A stretch of DNA of 64,000 nucleotides from TPA_inf: Saccharomyces (Eukaryota), in NCBI GenBank assembly GCA_000146045.2, contig BK006939.2, positions 64,001-128,000 on the forward strand, read 5' to 3'. Every line of letters starts with the position of its first letter. Within the stretch, counting starts at the first letter, position 1. Under the pieces are notes generated by a model. The model worked only from the letters and a program-made list of their open reading frames with translations. It had not been told where the DNA came from and searched no databases. Shown one piece after another: positions 36,133 through 47,420 of this stretch. A program made the position numbers and the translations under genes.

Positions 36133-36204
36133 AGCGCCGTGGCGCAGTGGAAGCGCGCAGGGCTCATAACCCTGATGTCCTCGGATCGAAACCGAGCGGC
36201 GCTA
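36133..36204 (+). tRNA. IMT4: Initiator methionine tRNA (tRNA-iMet, anticodon CAT), 72 nt
   Basis: AGCGCCGTGGCGCAGTGGAAGCGCGCAGGGCTCATAACCCTGATGTCCTCGGATCGAAACCGAGCGGCGCTA is the yeast initiator tRNA sequence (A1:U72, the GGG/CCC anticodon stem, and AUCG replacing TpsiCG). A T5 terminator follows at 36206-36210. The IMT4 name is assigned by chromosome V location. Confidence 0.96.
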
Positions 36205-36205
36205 A

Positions 36206-36210
36206 TTTTT
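36206..36210 (+). terminator. Pol III oligo(dT) terminator of the tRNA-iMet gene
   Basis: TTTTT directly after the tRNA 3' end. Confidence 0.8.
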
Positions 36211-36573
36211 CATTTCTTTTTGCCCGCAACAATAACACAGATCGCAATCATTTAAGCTATAGACTATAAGCTTTAACTTCTGCGTTATTATTAATAATTG
36301 TTATTGTTTTAGTTAGGTATTTCTATCAACTTATTTTATATATTCTATATTACAGTTTTCTTTTTTTACAAATTCACCCAGCAATTATTTATTATTAATT
36401 GTACATCTTCTTTAATAATGAATTTATTATTGCACAATATTCAACTTAGGAAAGATAGAGGAACTGAATTCTTTATCAGCAATGAAATAGGCCGTCTACG
36501 GCCGTCTACGGCCTATTCCATTGCTAAAAATTTGAATCGTATAAAGGGATATTACCCGGAAAAGAAACGCATT

Positions 36574-36595
36574 AAAAAAAAAAAAAAAAAAAAAA
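36574..36595 (+). repeat. A22 homopolymer upstream of VMA3
   Basis: Direct reading. Confidence 0.98.
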
Positions 36596-36768
36596 CAGAA
36601 AAAGTGGTTAAGTGATTGACTGACCCTTGATAGTTTTGTACAATTATACACTCGTTCTGATTAAAAACTTGTTTATAAAAATCTTTTTAAAAGAAAGAGA
36701 AGATCGTGTTTATTGCTTTTCTCAAAAAGACTAATCAATTAGAATAACAAAAGAAACATATACATATA

Positions 36769-37251
36769 ATGACTGAATTGTGTCCTGTCTACGCCCCTTT
36801 CTTTGGTGCCATTGGTTGTGCCTCTGCAATTATCTTCACCTCATTAGGTGCTGCTTACGGTACTGCTAAGTCTGGTGTTGGTATCTGTGCCACTTGTGTG
36901 TTGAGACCAGACCTATTATTCAAGAACATTGTTCCTGTTATTATGGCTGGTATCATTGCCATTTACGGTTTAGTTGTTTCCGTTTTGGTTTGTTATTCGT
37001 TGGGTCAAAAGCAAGCTTTGTACACCGGTTTCATCCAATTGGGTGCCGGTCTATCAGTCGGTTTGAGTGGTCTAGCTGCTGGTTTCGCTATTGGTATTGT
37101 CGGTGATGCAGGTGTTAGAGGTTCCTCTCAACAACCAAGATTATTCGTCGGTATGATTTTGATTTTGATTTTTGCTGAAGTTTTGGGTCTATACGGTTTG
37201 ATTGTTGCTTTGTTGTTGAACTCCAGGGCTACTCAAGATGTTGTCTGTTAA
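36769..37251 (+). CDS. VMA3: V-ATPase V0 proteolipid subunit c (16 kDa), 160 aa
   Basis: Four TM helices of Gly/Ala-rich proteolipid, with the conserved Glu in helix 4 ([10 protein letters not shown]). Exact match to remembered VMA3/CUP5 (YEL027W). Confidence 0.97.
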
Positions 37252-37942
37252 GGCAGCTTCTGAATCACTAAAGCAGGAATAGAGTATACAAAAGAATCTT
37301 TTTGTGAGAAACTATGAAAACTATCAAAATTTTTCATCTTAGAGATTGTTTATAGCCCCTATTCTTACTTCATATCCAAACTACCTCATTTCAAGCTTCC
37401 TTTTTATTAGTACCATTATTATTGTTTAAAAGAGTATTACACGCTAAATATGTATATCTTAATTTTTAATGTGTATAAAATAGAAAATTTGAATATCAAG
37501 GAGCAACAAAGAGCATTATGCGTTTTAAGCTACACAATGGGTACGATGAGATCACTATACCTGTACTCTTAAAAGAGGCCCAACCTTATCAACTTCTATT
37601 GTTAAAGTAGACAATTGTATCGTTTCTTTTTCTTATCGGTTTTATCCGGGTAATAAATTCAGCATATAGAAAAATTTTTCATTTCTATTTTCTTTTTCTT
37701 TTCATTTTTCCTTTTTCTCAGAAAATTTTTTTTTCTAATGCTGGAATGAGATGAGTTAGAAAATTTTTCACTTTAAAACTGATTATTCTGGTTAATAGTG
37801 CTTATTCCTCTTAGTGTTCAAGTCCTACTTTCAAATCTTAATTTAAATCATCATTCGAGCGAGCTTTCTATACCAGGACCATACTGATTATTGCAAGGAA
37901 CTTGAATAAACCAGATTTCATACTATAAAAACTATATTAAAA

Positions 37943-38323
37943 ATGTCTGCCCCAAACCCAAAGGCTTTCCCATTAGCCGATGCTGCATTAACCCAACAAA
38001 TCTTGGATGTCGTTCAACAGGCTGCTAACTTGAGACAATTGAAGAAAGGTGCCAACGAAGCTACCAAAACTTTGAACCGTGGTATCTCCGAATTCATCAT
38101 TATGGCTGCTGACTGTGAACCTATTGAAATCCTATTGCATTTACCATTACTATGTGAAGACAAGAATGTTCCATATGTCTTTGTTCCATCTAGAGTTGCT
38201 TTAGGTAGAGCTTGTGGTGTTTCTAGACCAGTTATTGCTGCTTCTATTACCACCAACGATGCTTCTGCTATCAAGACCCAAATCTACGCTGTCAAGGACA
38301 AGATTGAAACTTTATTAATTTAA
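37943..38323 (+). CDS. SNU13: U4/U6.U5 snRNP and box C/D snoRNP 15.5K protein (L7Ae family), 126 aa
   Basis: L7Ae fold sequence (...[49 protein letters not shown]...). 126 aa; YEL026W. Confidence 0.96.
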
Positions 38324-38580
38324 GTAGATTGGATTATATCTATCAACATAGTTTTTGTACCATCTATATACTATAAAAAAGTTTTTTGCTTTCCACTAGT
38401 GCAGACGCTAATAGTGCTGTTTTGTTAGTGGTATGATATATGTCATATCTTCATTGAATAACCTACTCGAGTGCATCTGTAAATGCACAAACATGTATTA
38501 TCAATTGAGCTGTAGTAATTTAGGCATAACAAAAAGGTGCAAGATCTCATGGCACCTATTCGTTCGTAGGAGATTTATTG

Positions 38581-41500
38581 TCACCTTTTTAGTTTTACAG
38601 GATCGAAAAAATCTATGGTCTTGTATGGTGAATGATCTATATGTCTTCTCTTTGAATTTCTAGCTAGCTCATCAAAGCCGCTTTCATTTATTCCAGTCTC
38701 TTTACTCACGGAATATTGTTTAGTAACATTTCGCATGCTTTTCTCAGACCTTCGAAAAGCTCTTTTACATTCGAGCTTGATCTTTTTGTAATCATGCAAC
38801 GTTCTCATCCACAGCTCACCAATGAATTCCGATATTATATAAATTTGGCCCTCAGTACCGCAAAGTAAAAATAGAGGTATGACGCCTTCCAACCTTTGAC
38901 TATTGAAATTTGGACATATTTGAAGGTTTTGAAATCCATCTGGGATGGCCGCCAGTGAGATTATCTTATTAGGTAACCGAATTTTGAGGTATGGCATAGC
39001 CAACCCGCCCTTATCAACTGATAATTTAGAATCTTCGTATATTGTCAAGGTATTATCAATACCAATGGTGGCAACATAAGATCTATTGGAATATTTCAAC
39101 GTTGCACAAGAAAGGTCTGATAATCGACCTAATAGATAGTTCTTATCACTCGCTAAACAATCGTTTTTAGGTTCTCTTAGCTTCTTAGGAATTATTTTAG
39201 TCGCCACTTGTGTAATGCTTCCCAACCGCTTAAAACCCAAGTAGGGACATTCAGGGTACTCTGATGGATATACTATGGACGTCCTAATTGGAAAGCGGGT
39301 TCTCAAAAAATCTCTCAAGATCTCAAATTGAACCAGATAATCACCACTCATATAAGCTGGAAGACCTATATGGTTAATCGATGAAAGTGCTGGGAAGGAA
39401 TAGGCCTCTAAAATTTCCGCGCCCTCTTTTAGCATGTTTATTTTATATGCTGCTATGCCACTATCACCAGAAAATAAAACCAAGTTGCACTCATAGTATA
39501 TGAACACCGAGAATATACAATCTTCGAGATAATTCGCGTACAATTGGGTAATGTTATTGTTTCTAATTTCAAACAGCCAGAATTTTGTACGTTTTTCACC
39601 AACTCCTAAGCATACAACAAACTTATTACCATAAAAGGGTCTCTGTGATAAGTAGATTGAGTTTTGTTCTGGCCACAGTGGCTTCACAACGGCATGTAAA
39701 TACTTTTCATCCGAGAAACTGAATGTGGAAACTGCCTTCATTGAAGCATAATTGAATAGCATCAACTTATACTGCCTACTATTGCTATCGACCAAACACA
39801 CCACGGCCTGATTGAGGTTATTTGGAACAGTATAGAGCTCTACGGGAATGCTAGGGAGGTAAAAGATATGATTTTCTAATTGAGGTTTTAATGAAGTCAT
39901 CTGCTTAGTGAAACCTTCACGGTAAAACGTGCTACCAAACTCAAAGATGCTTATTCGAGAATCATAATCTAAAACACAAAGAGAGAACAGTGCTTTACCG
40001 GGTCGAATTCTCATTCGTCTTGGAACTAAGCCTAACTGTATGCAACCATAAGACATGTTTTGAAGATTTAACAAAATTATTTCCTTATCGTTGTAAAGGA
40101 AAACCAAAGGTAAGGAAGGAATCGTATCCAACAGTTCTAATTTCTGATCGTATAACGAATGAATCTCTAAATCCACTCTCAAAAAATTTGATTCTGATTT
40201 GTAGACTCTTACGCAGCCAGTGTATGATGATGCGATGACATAAATCGAGTCGTGTTTATGCTTTTTGCTTAGCCAAGATATTTTTATCAATTGATCATAG
40301 GCTATGAAAGAATAGTCTGGATGTGATGTAGCCACTTTCTTTTGATTGGCATTCCATACCGAAAACACACCGTCCAAGTAAATGACAAAAAGGTATTTCT
40401 CGGCACCATCTGAGAAACAGCTCACAATACTCTCTTTAGAATTGAGCCCATGGATAAAAAATTCTTCTTTTTTACGTAGAAAACCAGATTTTGCCTCAAG
40501 TATCGAAATCCTGAGCTTGGAGTTCTGTACGGGATAACAAAACATGGTGGAAGAGTTGTGGTTCGACTGCAAGAAATCGACCTGCCTAAATTCTCCGGTA
40601 GAACCATCCATACCGGCTTTCAAAACTTTTCCCGTCCTAGAAACAAATAGACCGTAATCATAAGGCTCATCCATTAAAAATATTCCGTTCTTATAAATCA
40701 ACCCACCTGATTCATATGCAAATTCGTCACCACCATTAAGTGCTAAATCTGTAACCCAAAAATCAGTTACATTCTCTACTAGCGCTTTGGAGGAAGTCAC
40801 TAACTTGAACAGGGTTTTGTCATATACCAAAATTTTCTTTTCTAAAAATCCTCTTCTTGAGTTAAAACTTCCACCCAAAAGCAGTGAATCAATATCTGTC
40901 CCCTTGTTTCCAATAACTTGTGATGCCAGGTAAACTTTGTTTGTATAAGCGGGACCGCTTTTCACCTTTTCTAATTTTGAACCTCGATGATCTTTCGATA
41001 TAAAATTTACTCCATTTATTCTTGTCACCGCTATATACTTTTCACGTGGGAGCTGCAAAATAACATCGCATAGATCATGTTTAGGAGGCTTGAACACTCT
41101 TTCTTTTGTCCATTGTAGTTCTTTCAGGACGTGGTCTCTATGTAACGACCTAGTGTGTATCTTGGCAGTGTATTTGTTAGCATACACGTCAGAAATTGTC
41201 AAGAGAATGACTGATCTTTCATATATCACATCATAAGAATCTTTTAGAAATTGGTAGTTTTCTACATTTGGGAGACCTTTATTATTGAAAAAAGCCCCGT
41301 TTGTAAGCCCACTTGCTTTTATATTTATTATTTGAGTGTAGTTAGTAGTCAACACTACAATGGTATGGCCGCAAACTACCTTCATATAACAAAATTCATT
41401 ATCACATATCGGCAAAAGATTGTATTGGCGGTACTCGTTTAAATCAAATTTCCTACTTCCATGCTTTCCAGCAAGATTGTATTCCTTTAAAAACAGGTTT

Positions 41501-42159
41501 TCACTATAGCAACTCTTAAGTAGGCAAAGAAAATAAACGTGTGATTTACCTGTGCATGTGGCGTCGTCAAGCAAATCCTCCCTGCTAATAAAATCAAAGG
41601 AGATAATTTCTTCGCCATCGGTGGCATAAAATCTTTCGACTATTCCTTCTCTGAAGTCAAAGGAGTAAATTGTCGTACATAACGTATGCAAATCACTATC
41701 ATATGATATGTTTTTATTGCAAGTGTATAAAACACCCTCAAAGGAAGCATTTAACCAGCTGGAAGTTAATAAAGAAATAGTATCCAGTTTCGGAGCCACA
41801 TTAGAGTCGTAGATAATTTCAAATTTGTTATTTTCGCATTTGAATCCCTTAATGGAACCGTCGTTAAACATTAGCAGGTGACAGAAGGAAGCTGACATGA
41901 ACATCGGTACAGTTGCGTAGTTAACAACGAACGGTCCATCTAAAGCGAACTCAACCTTCGCTTTCAATTCGTTGGACGTTCCGGTATACAATCCATAGCT
42001 AAAACATAAAAAGTAACTTCCTTCGTGATGAAGACAACTTACCAGCTTCTCAGCCTCATCTTTTGATCTATAAGATGTTATGCATAAAGGTAAAAAGGCC
42101 GAATTGCTATCCAATTTTTTGCAGTCCGTTTCATCTTGTCTTGCCATTTTACGTGGCAA
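38581..42159 (-). CDS. YEL025C: Large uncharacterised protein (about 1190 aa). The maximal ORF is shown; the annotated start may be the second Met, 4 codons in (giving 1188 aa, start 42147).
   Basis: Single uninterrupted minus-strand ORF of 1192 codons with yeast-like codon usage and no recognisable catalytic motif by eye. Position matches YEL025C. Confidence 0.8.
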   Translation of the reverse strand: MPRKMARQDETDCKKLDSNSAFLPLCITSYRSKDEAEKLVSCLHHEGSYFLCFSYGLYTGTSNELKAKVEFALDGPFVVNYATVPMFMSASFCHLLMFNDGSIKGFKCENNKFEIIYDSNVAPKLDTISLLTSSWLNASFEGVLYTCNKNISYDSDLHTLCTTIYSFDFREGIVERFYATDGEEIISFDFISREDLLDDATCTGKSHVYFLCLLKSCYSENLFLKEYNLAGKHGSRKFDLNEYRQYNLLPICDNEFCYMKVVCGHTIVVLTTNYTQIINIKASGLTNGAFFNNKGLPNVENYQFLKDSYDVIYERSVILLTISDVYANKYTAKIHTRSLHRDHVLKELQWTKERVFKPPKHDLCDVILQLPREKYIAVTRINGVNFISKDHRGSKLEKVKSGPAYTNKVYLASQVIGNKGTDIDSLLLGGSFNSRRGFLEKKILVYDKTLFKLVTSSKALVENVTDFWVTDLALNGGDEFAYESGGLIYKNGIFLMDEPYDYGLFVSRTGKVLKAGMDGSTGEFRQVDFLQSNHNSSTMFCYPVQNSKLRISILEAKSGFLRKKEEFFIHGLNSKESIVSCFSDGAEKYLFVIYLDGVFSVWNANQKKVATSHPDYSFIAYDQLIKISWLSKKHKHDSIYVIASSYTGCVRVYKSESNFLRVDLEIHSLYDQKLELLDTIPSLPLVFLYNDKEIILLNLQNMSYGCIQLGLVPRRMRIRPGKALFSLCVLDYDSRISIFEFGSTFYREGFTKQMTSLKPQLENHIFYLPSIPVELYTVPNNLNQAVVCLVDSNSRQYKLMLFNYASMKAVSTFSFSDEKYLHAVVKPLWPEQNSIYLSQRPFYGNKFVVCLGVGEKRTKFWLFEIRNNNITQLYANYLEDCIFSVFIYYECNLVLFSGDSGIAAYKINMLKEGAEILEAYSFPALSSINHIGLPAYMSGDYLVQFEILRDFLRTRFPIRTSIVYPSEYPECPYLGFKRLGSITQVATKIIPKKLREPKNDCLASDKNYLLGRLSDLSCATLKYSNRSYVATIGIDNTLTIYEDSKLSVDKGGLAMPYLKIRLPNKIISLAAIPDGFQNLQICPNFNSQRLEGVIPLFLLCGTEGQIYIISEFIGELWMRTLHDYKKIKLECKRAFRRSEKSMRNVTKQYSVSKETGINESGFDELARNSKRRHIDHSPYKTIDFFDPVKLKR

Positions 42160-43259
42160 TGGCTAGTGCAATATGCAATGCGCTAACGCTGACATTATAA
42201 CACAATATATTTTTCTACCCTCCCTTTCGCTGAGTTGCGACCAGAATGTCTGTTTTTCAGTCATGTATTTCTTTCCGCTTTAGGCGTTCAGGCAAGCGCG
42301 TTCAGTTGAAAGCAAATAGAACCTATAACGACGAATACGCTTAAAGGAAGTATACAGGAAATAGAAAAAGAAGCGTACTGCATGTACTAAAAACCAAAAA
42401 AAACACCACATCGGCTCTCTGGTTGTATCCATACTTTCCCTAAAATTTTGTAACTCAAGAAAATACCTACATAAAACGATAATCAGTGGATTGCACTGAT
42501 CAAGTCGAAAAACTCCGTACATGCCCGTCTATCCCTGTCTCATCCATATAAACTGAACTAGGTAGAAAAAAATACCTACCCTTTCTTTAACCGCCTGGTA
42601 TATTAAATACCATTGTCAATTGAGAAGCTAACAGCCATTGTAAGAGTTATGTCCAGTGTCCGACTAAGACAAGGTAACCATACGTTGATAGCTATGAATA
42701 CCCCAGAGGAAGATTATTCTTTCTCATAAATCCTTTTTATTGGTTTCAAAAATCCACCAATAAGTTCATATAGCTTGGGCGGCTATTCATGCGTAATATA
42801 ATGTGCATGAAGTACGACCCATCGACTCTTAGAGCAAATGCTTCCTAAATTGAAATAACTAGCCGCCTTTAATTCGAGCCTTCTTGTCATCTTGTGTATT
42901 TCATCCTTTCAACTTCTCCTGTTCCACCTTTCACTCTAAGCTTCCCTATCATTTGGCCTCTTTCAGGTTCGTCCATAGCGCATCTTTTTCCTTTTAGACA
43001 CTCCATAACGGACCAATCAGCGTTTTGCGCCATTTATCGGTCTTGGGTCACGTGCGGCGACGCGGAGGCTCCCTTATAAGGACTGGAAAAAGACCTGCAA
43101 GAACTATAGTTGGTTCTTGAATATCAAGTAATATATTACTTCTCTGTCGTAACTTTTTGTTGCTTTCAAGTTCAACGTCTTTTAAAAACCAAGAAATTAT
43201 TGAACATAAATAATATCACTCTAACACTTATTAGGAAACCGAAAGGAGCAATAACAAAC

Positions 43260-43907
43260 ATGTTAGGAATAAGATCATCTGTCAAGACCTGCTTCAAGCC
43301 AATGTCTTTAACTTCCAAAAGACTGATTTCTCAATCTTTGCTGGCTAGCAAATCCACGTACAGGACCCCAAATTTTGATGACGTTTTAAAGGAAAATAAC
43401 GATGCTGATAAAGGCCGTTCTTATGCTTACTTTATGGTCGGTGCTATGGGTCTTTTGTCATCTGCAGGTGCCAAATCAACCGTAGAAACCTTTATTTCAT
43501 CTATGACCGCTACTGCCGATGTTTTGGCTATGGCTAAAGTTGAAGTTAATTTAGCGGCTATCCCATTGGGTAAAAACGTGGTTGTCAAATGGCAAGGTAA
43601 GCCTGTGTTCATTAGACACAGAACTCCTCATGAAATTCAGGAAGCCAACAGTGTGGATATGTCCGCTTTGAAGGACCCACAGACCGATGCTGACAGAGTC
43701 AAAGACCCTCAATGGTTAATTATGCTGGGTATTTGTACTCACTTAGGTTGTGTTCCAATTGGTGAAGCCGGTGATTTTGGTGGTTGGTTCTGTCCTTGCC
43801 ATGGTTCACATTATGATATTTCCGGTAGAATCAGAAAGGGACCTGCCCCCTTAAACTTAGAAATTCCTGCTTATGAATTCGATGGTGATAAGGTCATTGT
43901 TGGTTAG
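43260..43907 (+). CDS. RIP1: Rieske iron-sulfur protein of cytochrome bc1 complex, 215 aa (start at internal Met MLGIRSS...)
   Basis: Rieske 2Fe-2S boxes CTHLGC and CPCHGSHYD, plus a mitochondrial presequence. 215 aa from the ATG at 43260. The track ORF extends 50 codons upstream. Confidence 0.96.
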   Translation: MLGIRSSVKTCFKPMSLTSKRLISQSLLASKSTYRTPNFDDVLKENNDADKGRSYAYFMVGAMGLLSSAGAKSTVETFISSMTATADVLAMAKVEVNLAAIPLGKNVVVKWQGKPVFIRHRTPHEIQEANSVDMSALKDPQTDADRVKDPQWLIMLGICTHLGCVPIGEAGDFGGWFCPCHGSHYDISGRIRKGPAPLNLEIPAYEFDGDKVIVG

Positions 43908-44503
43908 GTTTGTTTTTCGTCCTCGAAAACTACATCTTTATTGTCTATTTGTTTCACCCTTATTTTGATTTTTCATTTACTATCCATTATGTTATGAACG
44001 GGAACTATACAACTAACCTAAGAATTTTGAAATCACAACAAAAATAATCAACATCACAGTCTCGAAGGGATTACGCTCAAAAAGGAACGAAAATCACTAT
44101 ACTGTATTCCCTGTTGATTTTCCTAAGAATATATTCTTATACAATATGGAGAAAACAAAAGGATAAGAAAAGAAAGGGGAAATAAAGAAGATTTGGACCT
44201 ATTTATTACTACTTTTTTGTCTCACCATCTTCTTTTTCTATTCATAATATTTGATATTCCTTTATTTATCTGCATGTATTTATAATTAACGAAACTATTT
44301 ATCTTCCCTCGTCCTGCCTTATCCTTCTTTTCTCCAAATGTTTTACCTAAGATTGGCCTGTATTTGAATATTGATGTCCAGAAGCAGAAGATTTCACATG
44401 TTGTATAAAGTATACAAGATTGTAAAAATGATTGAAGTATTTTTATATATGTATATTACCTATAAAATTTTTTATATTACGTACCGAAGGGGTTTTTTTA
44501 ATG

Positions 44504-46552
44504 CTAAAGCGATTCATCTTGCTGTAGGTATATTTTTAAATCATCTGGAATATCTGTCCAGGAATTACTATCCCAGTCCATGAATTTCTTTTTTAATTGG
44601 GAGTATTTACTGTCAAATAATCTTGAATTGTATGTCGTTGCAAAATAACTTGCTTTTTGACCCATGTGGAGTTCCTGCCCTTCCTCATTATCAAAAAAGC
44701 CCCCATTGATTTCACTCCCGTTGCTATTATCTTGCTTATCATATTTATTTGAAACTTTATTACTTTTTAAATCAATACCTTCCAAATCTTGGAACAATTG
44801 CCTTACATATTCCGGCATATTGTCCGGTCTATACCTACGATCAAACTTAATTCTCCAATAGACTGACCAATGTAAACTGACATATTCGGGTACATAACGA
44901 GATCTTCCGAGGTTAGGTGTATGAAAATTTTGCCACTTTCCTTCTTTATTTTCCATTCGTATTCCAATGGGGAGCAGTTCCAATACCCACCACACCAATC
45001 TCATAAATTTATTTGCATGTCCACATTTAAGAGTAAAAGCATCCTTCACTTTTTCTTTTTCATCTTTCAAGCTCAATCTAGTCTCTTTTATATTTTTTAG
45101 ACAATCTTCCATTCTCTCATTTCTGCCAGATTTATCCTCTCGGGCTCCATCCTCATTATCACTCACTCCTAGTAGGGAACATTTCTTTGGTGAGTTGAAA
45201 CTAAGGTAATCATGTGTGTCTGCGAATAAAGATCCAATCGAAGTGTGTTTGGTAGCGAAATCATGTATTGCACCAGGTTTGAATTTAACACCAAATTTGA
45301 TTGCCTCTGCTAAAATCCATCGCAGCGTTAAATTTGACAAGTTCTCTTCTGTCTCACAGTCAGGCGCCCAACCTCCACCAACGTCAGAATGATCACCTGG
45401 AAACCATTTTTCAATCAAGTCGGGTGTCATAGTCATTCTACTTGATGTACCGCTGCCTTGGATAGATTGAAGTTGGAAAATGGCTTCAATTCCTCTTGTT
45501 GAACATTCTGTATCTCTCGCGTATGAATTACCTTCTAAGAATGAGTTCAGGTCCAACAGCAACTCTGTAGTTTCCTCGCTTTTGCTCGATAACAACCTTC
45601 CAGGGTTATCAGGAATGAGTGGAGAAGGATTACTAATAGAATGTGCGCCACTTTTTAAAGTGTATTTTATCAAAGGATTTTCCGGGGTTAGATCACGCAT
45701 TAATGCATTAGAAGTTGGCACCGGCGAACACTGGTCAGTTATATGATTACAATATGTCAATGAAAATAGTTTCGGAATGTACGGCATCGGAGTGAAACAT
45801 AACTGCTTGAATTTTCCACGTCTTTCATCCAAGGATACGCAATGTCGAACATGCTCAACGATATTGCTTCTCTGGGTGCAAGGAAACAACCTGTCCCTTA
45901 ATATTCCAACTGAGTTCACAGAATCGAATAAGCCTTGAAAATGTATCTTTACCTCGTAATCCCTAGAGAATGTTTTCTTGAATTCTTCAGCCAAGGTACT
46001 TGTGTACTGTAATTCATTAGGCTGCGAATCGTATTCCCATTTTTCATAGATTTGCCATGCCATTTTAACCATTTCTTCCAAACCTTTACTCAAAAGTCCG
46101 ACTCTTTCAATCATTCCAGCAAGAACTCTTGCAATAAAAGCTCCTCTAGAAAAGCCAAACATATAAATTCTATCTCCTGGTTCAAAATACTTCATCAAAA
46201 AAAGATATGCAGAACATATGTGATTGTCTAAACTGAATGCGAACATAGAATCTAATAAATTTTGTAAGTGAGAAATAGTTAACCGTCTTCTGACATCAAC
46301 AACAGCGTCAAATCCAACTGAACCAATTCCAGGTTGGTAATAACAAATTTGTTCAGAACTATCACCGTTCTCAAGAAGGTTGTACAATTTTAAAATATTA
46401 GTGAATGGCTGAGGTCCAAAATTTTCTCTTGTTCCATCAAAACAAAGAATGATATTCTTGCCAGACGATGAATGTGAGGATGGATTTATACTTCTGTCGC
46501 CTCCCGTCCCATTTTTTTTATATTTTCCATGAATATAATTGAAGCTATCCAT
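44504..46552 (-). CDS. YEL023C: Uncharacterised 682-aa protein with a DUF2235 / Tle1-like alpha/beta-hydrolase core (GFSRG nucleophile elbow, HSDVGGG motif)
   Basis: Motifs read directly from the translation: YMFGFSRGAFIARVLAGM (Ser codon at 46148-46150) and WFPGDHSDVGGGW. Length and position match YEL023C. Confidence 0.85.
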   Translation of the reverse strand: MDSFNYIHGKYKKNGTGGDRSINPSSHSSSGKNIILCFDGTRENFGPQPFTNILKLYNLLENGDSSEQICYYQPGIGSVGFDAVVDVRRRLTISHLQNLLDSMFAFSLDNHICSAYLFLMKYFEPGDRIYMFGFSRGAFIARVLAGMIERVGLLSKGLEEMVKMAWQIYEKWEYDSQPNELQYTSTLAEEFKKTFSRDYEVKIHFQGLFDSVNSVGILRDRLFPCTQRSNIVEHVRHCVSLDERRGKFKQLCFTPMPYIPKLFSLTYCNHITDQCSPVPTSNALMRDLTPENPLIKYTLKSGAHSISNPSPLIPDNPGRLLSSKSEETTELLLDLNSFLEGNSYARDTECSTRGIEAIFQLQSIQGSGTSSRMTMTPDLIEKWFPGDHSDVGGGWAPDCETEENLSNLTLRWILAEAIKFGVKFKPGAIHDFATKHTSIGSLFADTHDYLSFNSPKKCSLLGVSDNEDGAREDKSGRNERMEDCLKNIKETRLSLKDEKEKVKDAFTLKCGHANKFMRLVWWVLELLPIGIRMENKEGKWQNFHTPNLGRSRYVPEYVSLHWSVYWRIKFDRRYRPDNMPEYVRQLFQDLEGIDLKSNKVSNKYDKQDNSNGSEINGGFFDNEEGQELHMGQKASYFATTYNSRLFDSKYSQLKKKFMDWDSNSWTDIPDDLKIYLQQDESL

Positions 46553-47420
46553 CTAATGGATATTATGTTAGTGTATTATTTTTTATAAGTTACATCACCT
46601 GTTTGCTGTTATTTTACTACATCTGTCTGAAGTACATTAATTTGTGGCGGTTTAACAGTATATTGAATGTGACAAACACACCCAGACACCTCAATAGACA
46701 ACAGGAGGGCCATTACCATAATTTCATAACATTAAATATTCCAAGTAACATTTTTCAGAAGACGAAGAAAGACTAATTAACAGGATAATAAATATTAACA
46801 TTATCTTTTAAGTACCATACTTGAAGCGTCAATTGATGTATGTTTGGTTTTCCACTATTTTCCTAAAAGCATGAATCTTTTCTAGGCAAAAAATTGGAAT
46901 GACGACTCCTGATCGTTAAAATGGAAGACAAACACTAGAAGTTGACTTCAAAAAAACTTCTTTCATTAAATAAGGGAAATATCCGGCCGGCTCATACTGA
47001 TAATATACCAGCAACATTTACAGGAAACTGCAGGTTTTAGGCAGTGTGGCGAACCGCAAATAAAGTAATAAACAACAATTTCAAACGGAAAGGACTCCTC
47101 TGCTAAAGATTTGATGTTTTTAAGTTCTTTTATAGTTTATATTGGCATAAGAGGTAAACCATATTTAGCACTTATTTTCATAAAGTATTAGAAGTGTTCT
47201 TATATATTTCATTACCCGACTTGAAAAATACTACGCGGTTCATTGCGAGAACCTTCAATAAGTGTCGAAAGAGCACCTACATTGGCGTTTAAATAATAAA
47301 CACACCAACCTACATATTACGTTGAATTTAAATTCTTTCACTGCTTGTAAACCATAGACAATAAACTGATTAATTTAGTATCTAAAAAATCTTTTAAAGG
47401 GAAAGAGAAGAGGCGGAAAG

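Noticed and set aside
36418-36615. 65-aa ORF spanning the tandem 10-mer duplication and the A22 tract
   Set aside because: It is built from a repeat and a homopolymer (its C-terminus is poly-Lys from poly-A), with no signal of coding constraint. The repeat structure is treated instead as a noncoding curiosity.
38581-42159. Choice of YEL025C start codon (Met1 at 42159 versus Met5 at 42147)
   Set aside because: It cannot be resolved from the sequence alone. I reported the maximal ORF and noted the alternative; the difference is 4 codons.
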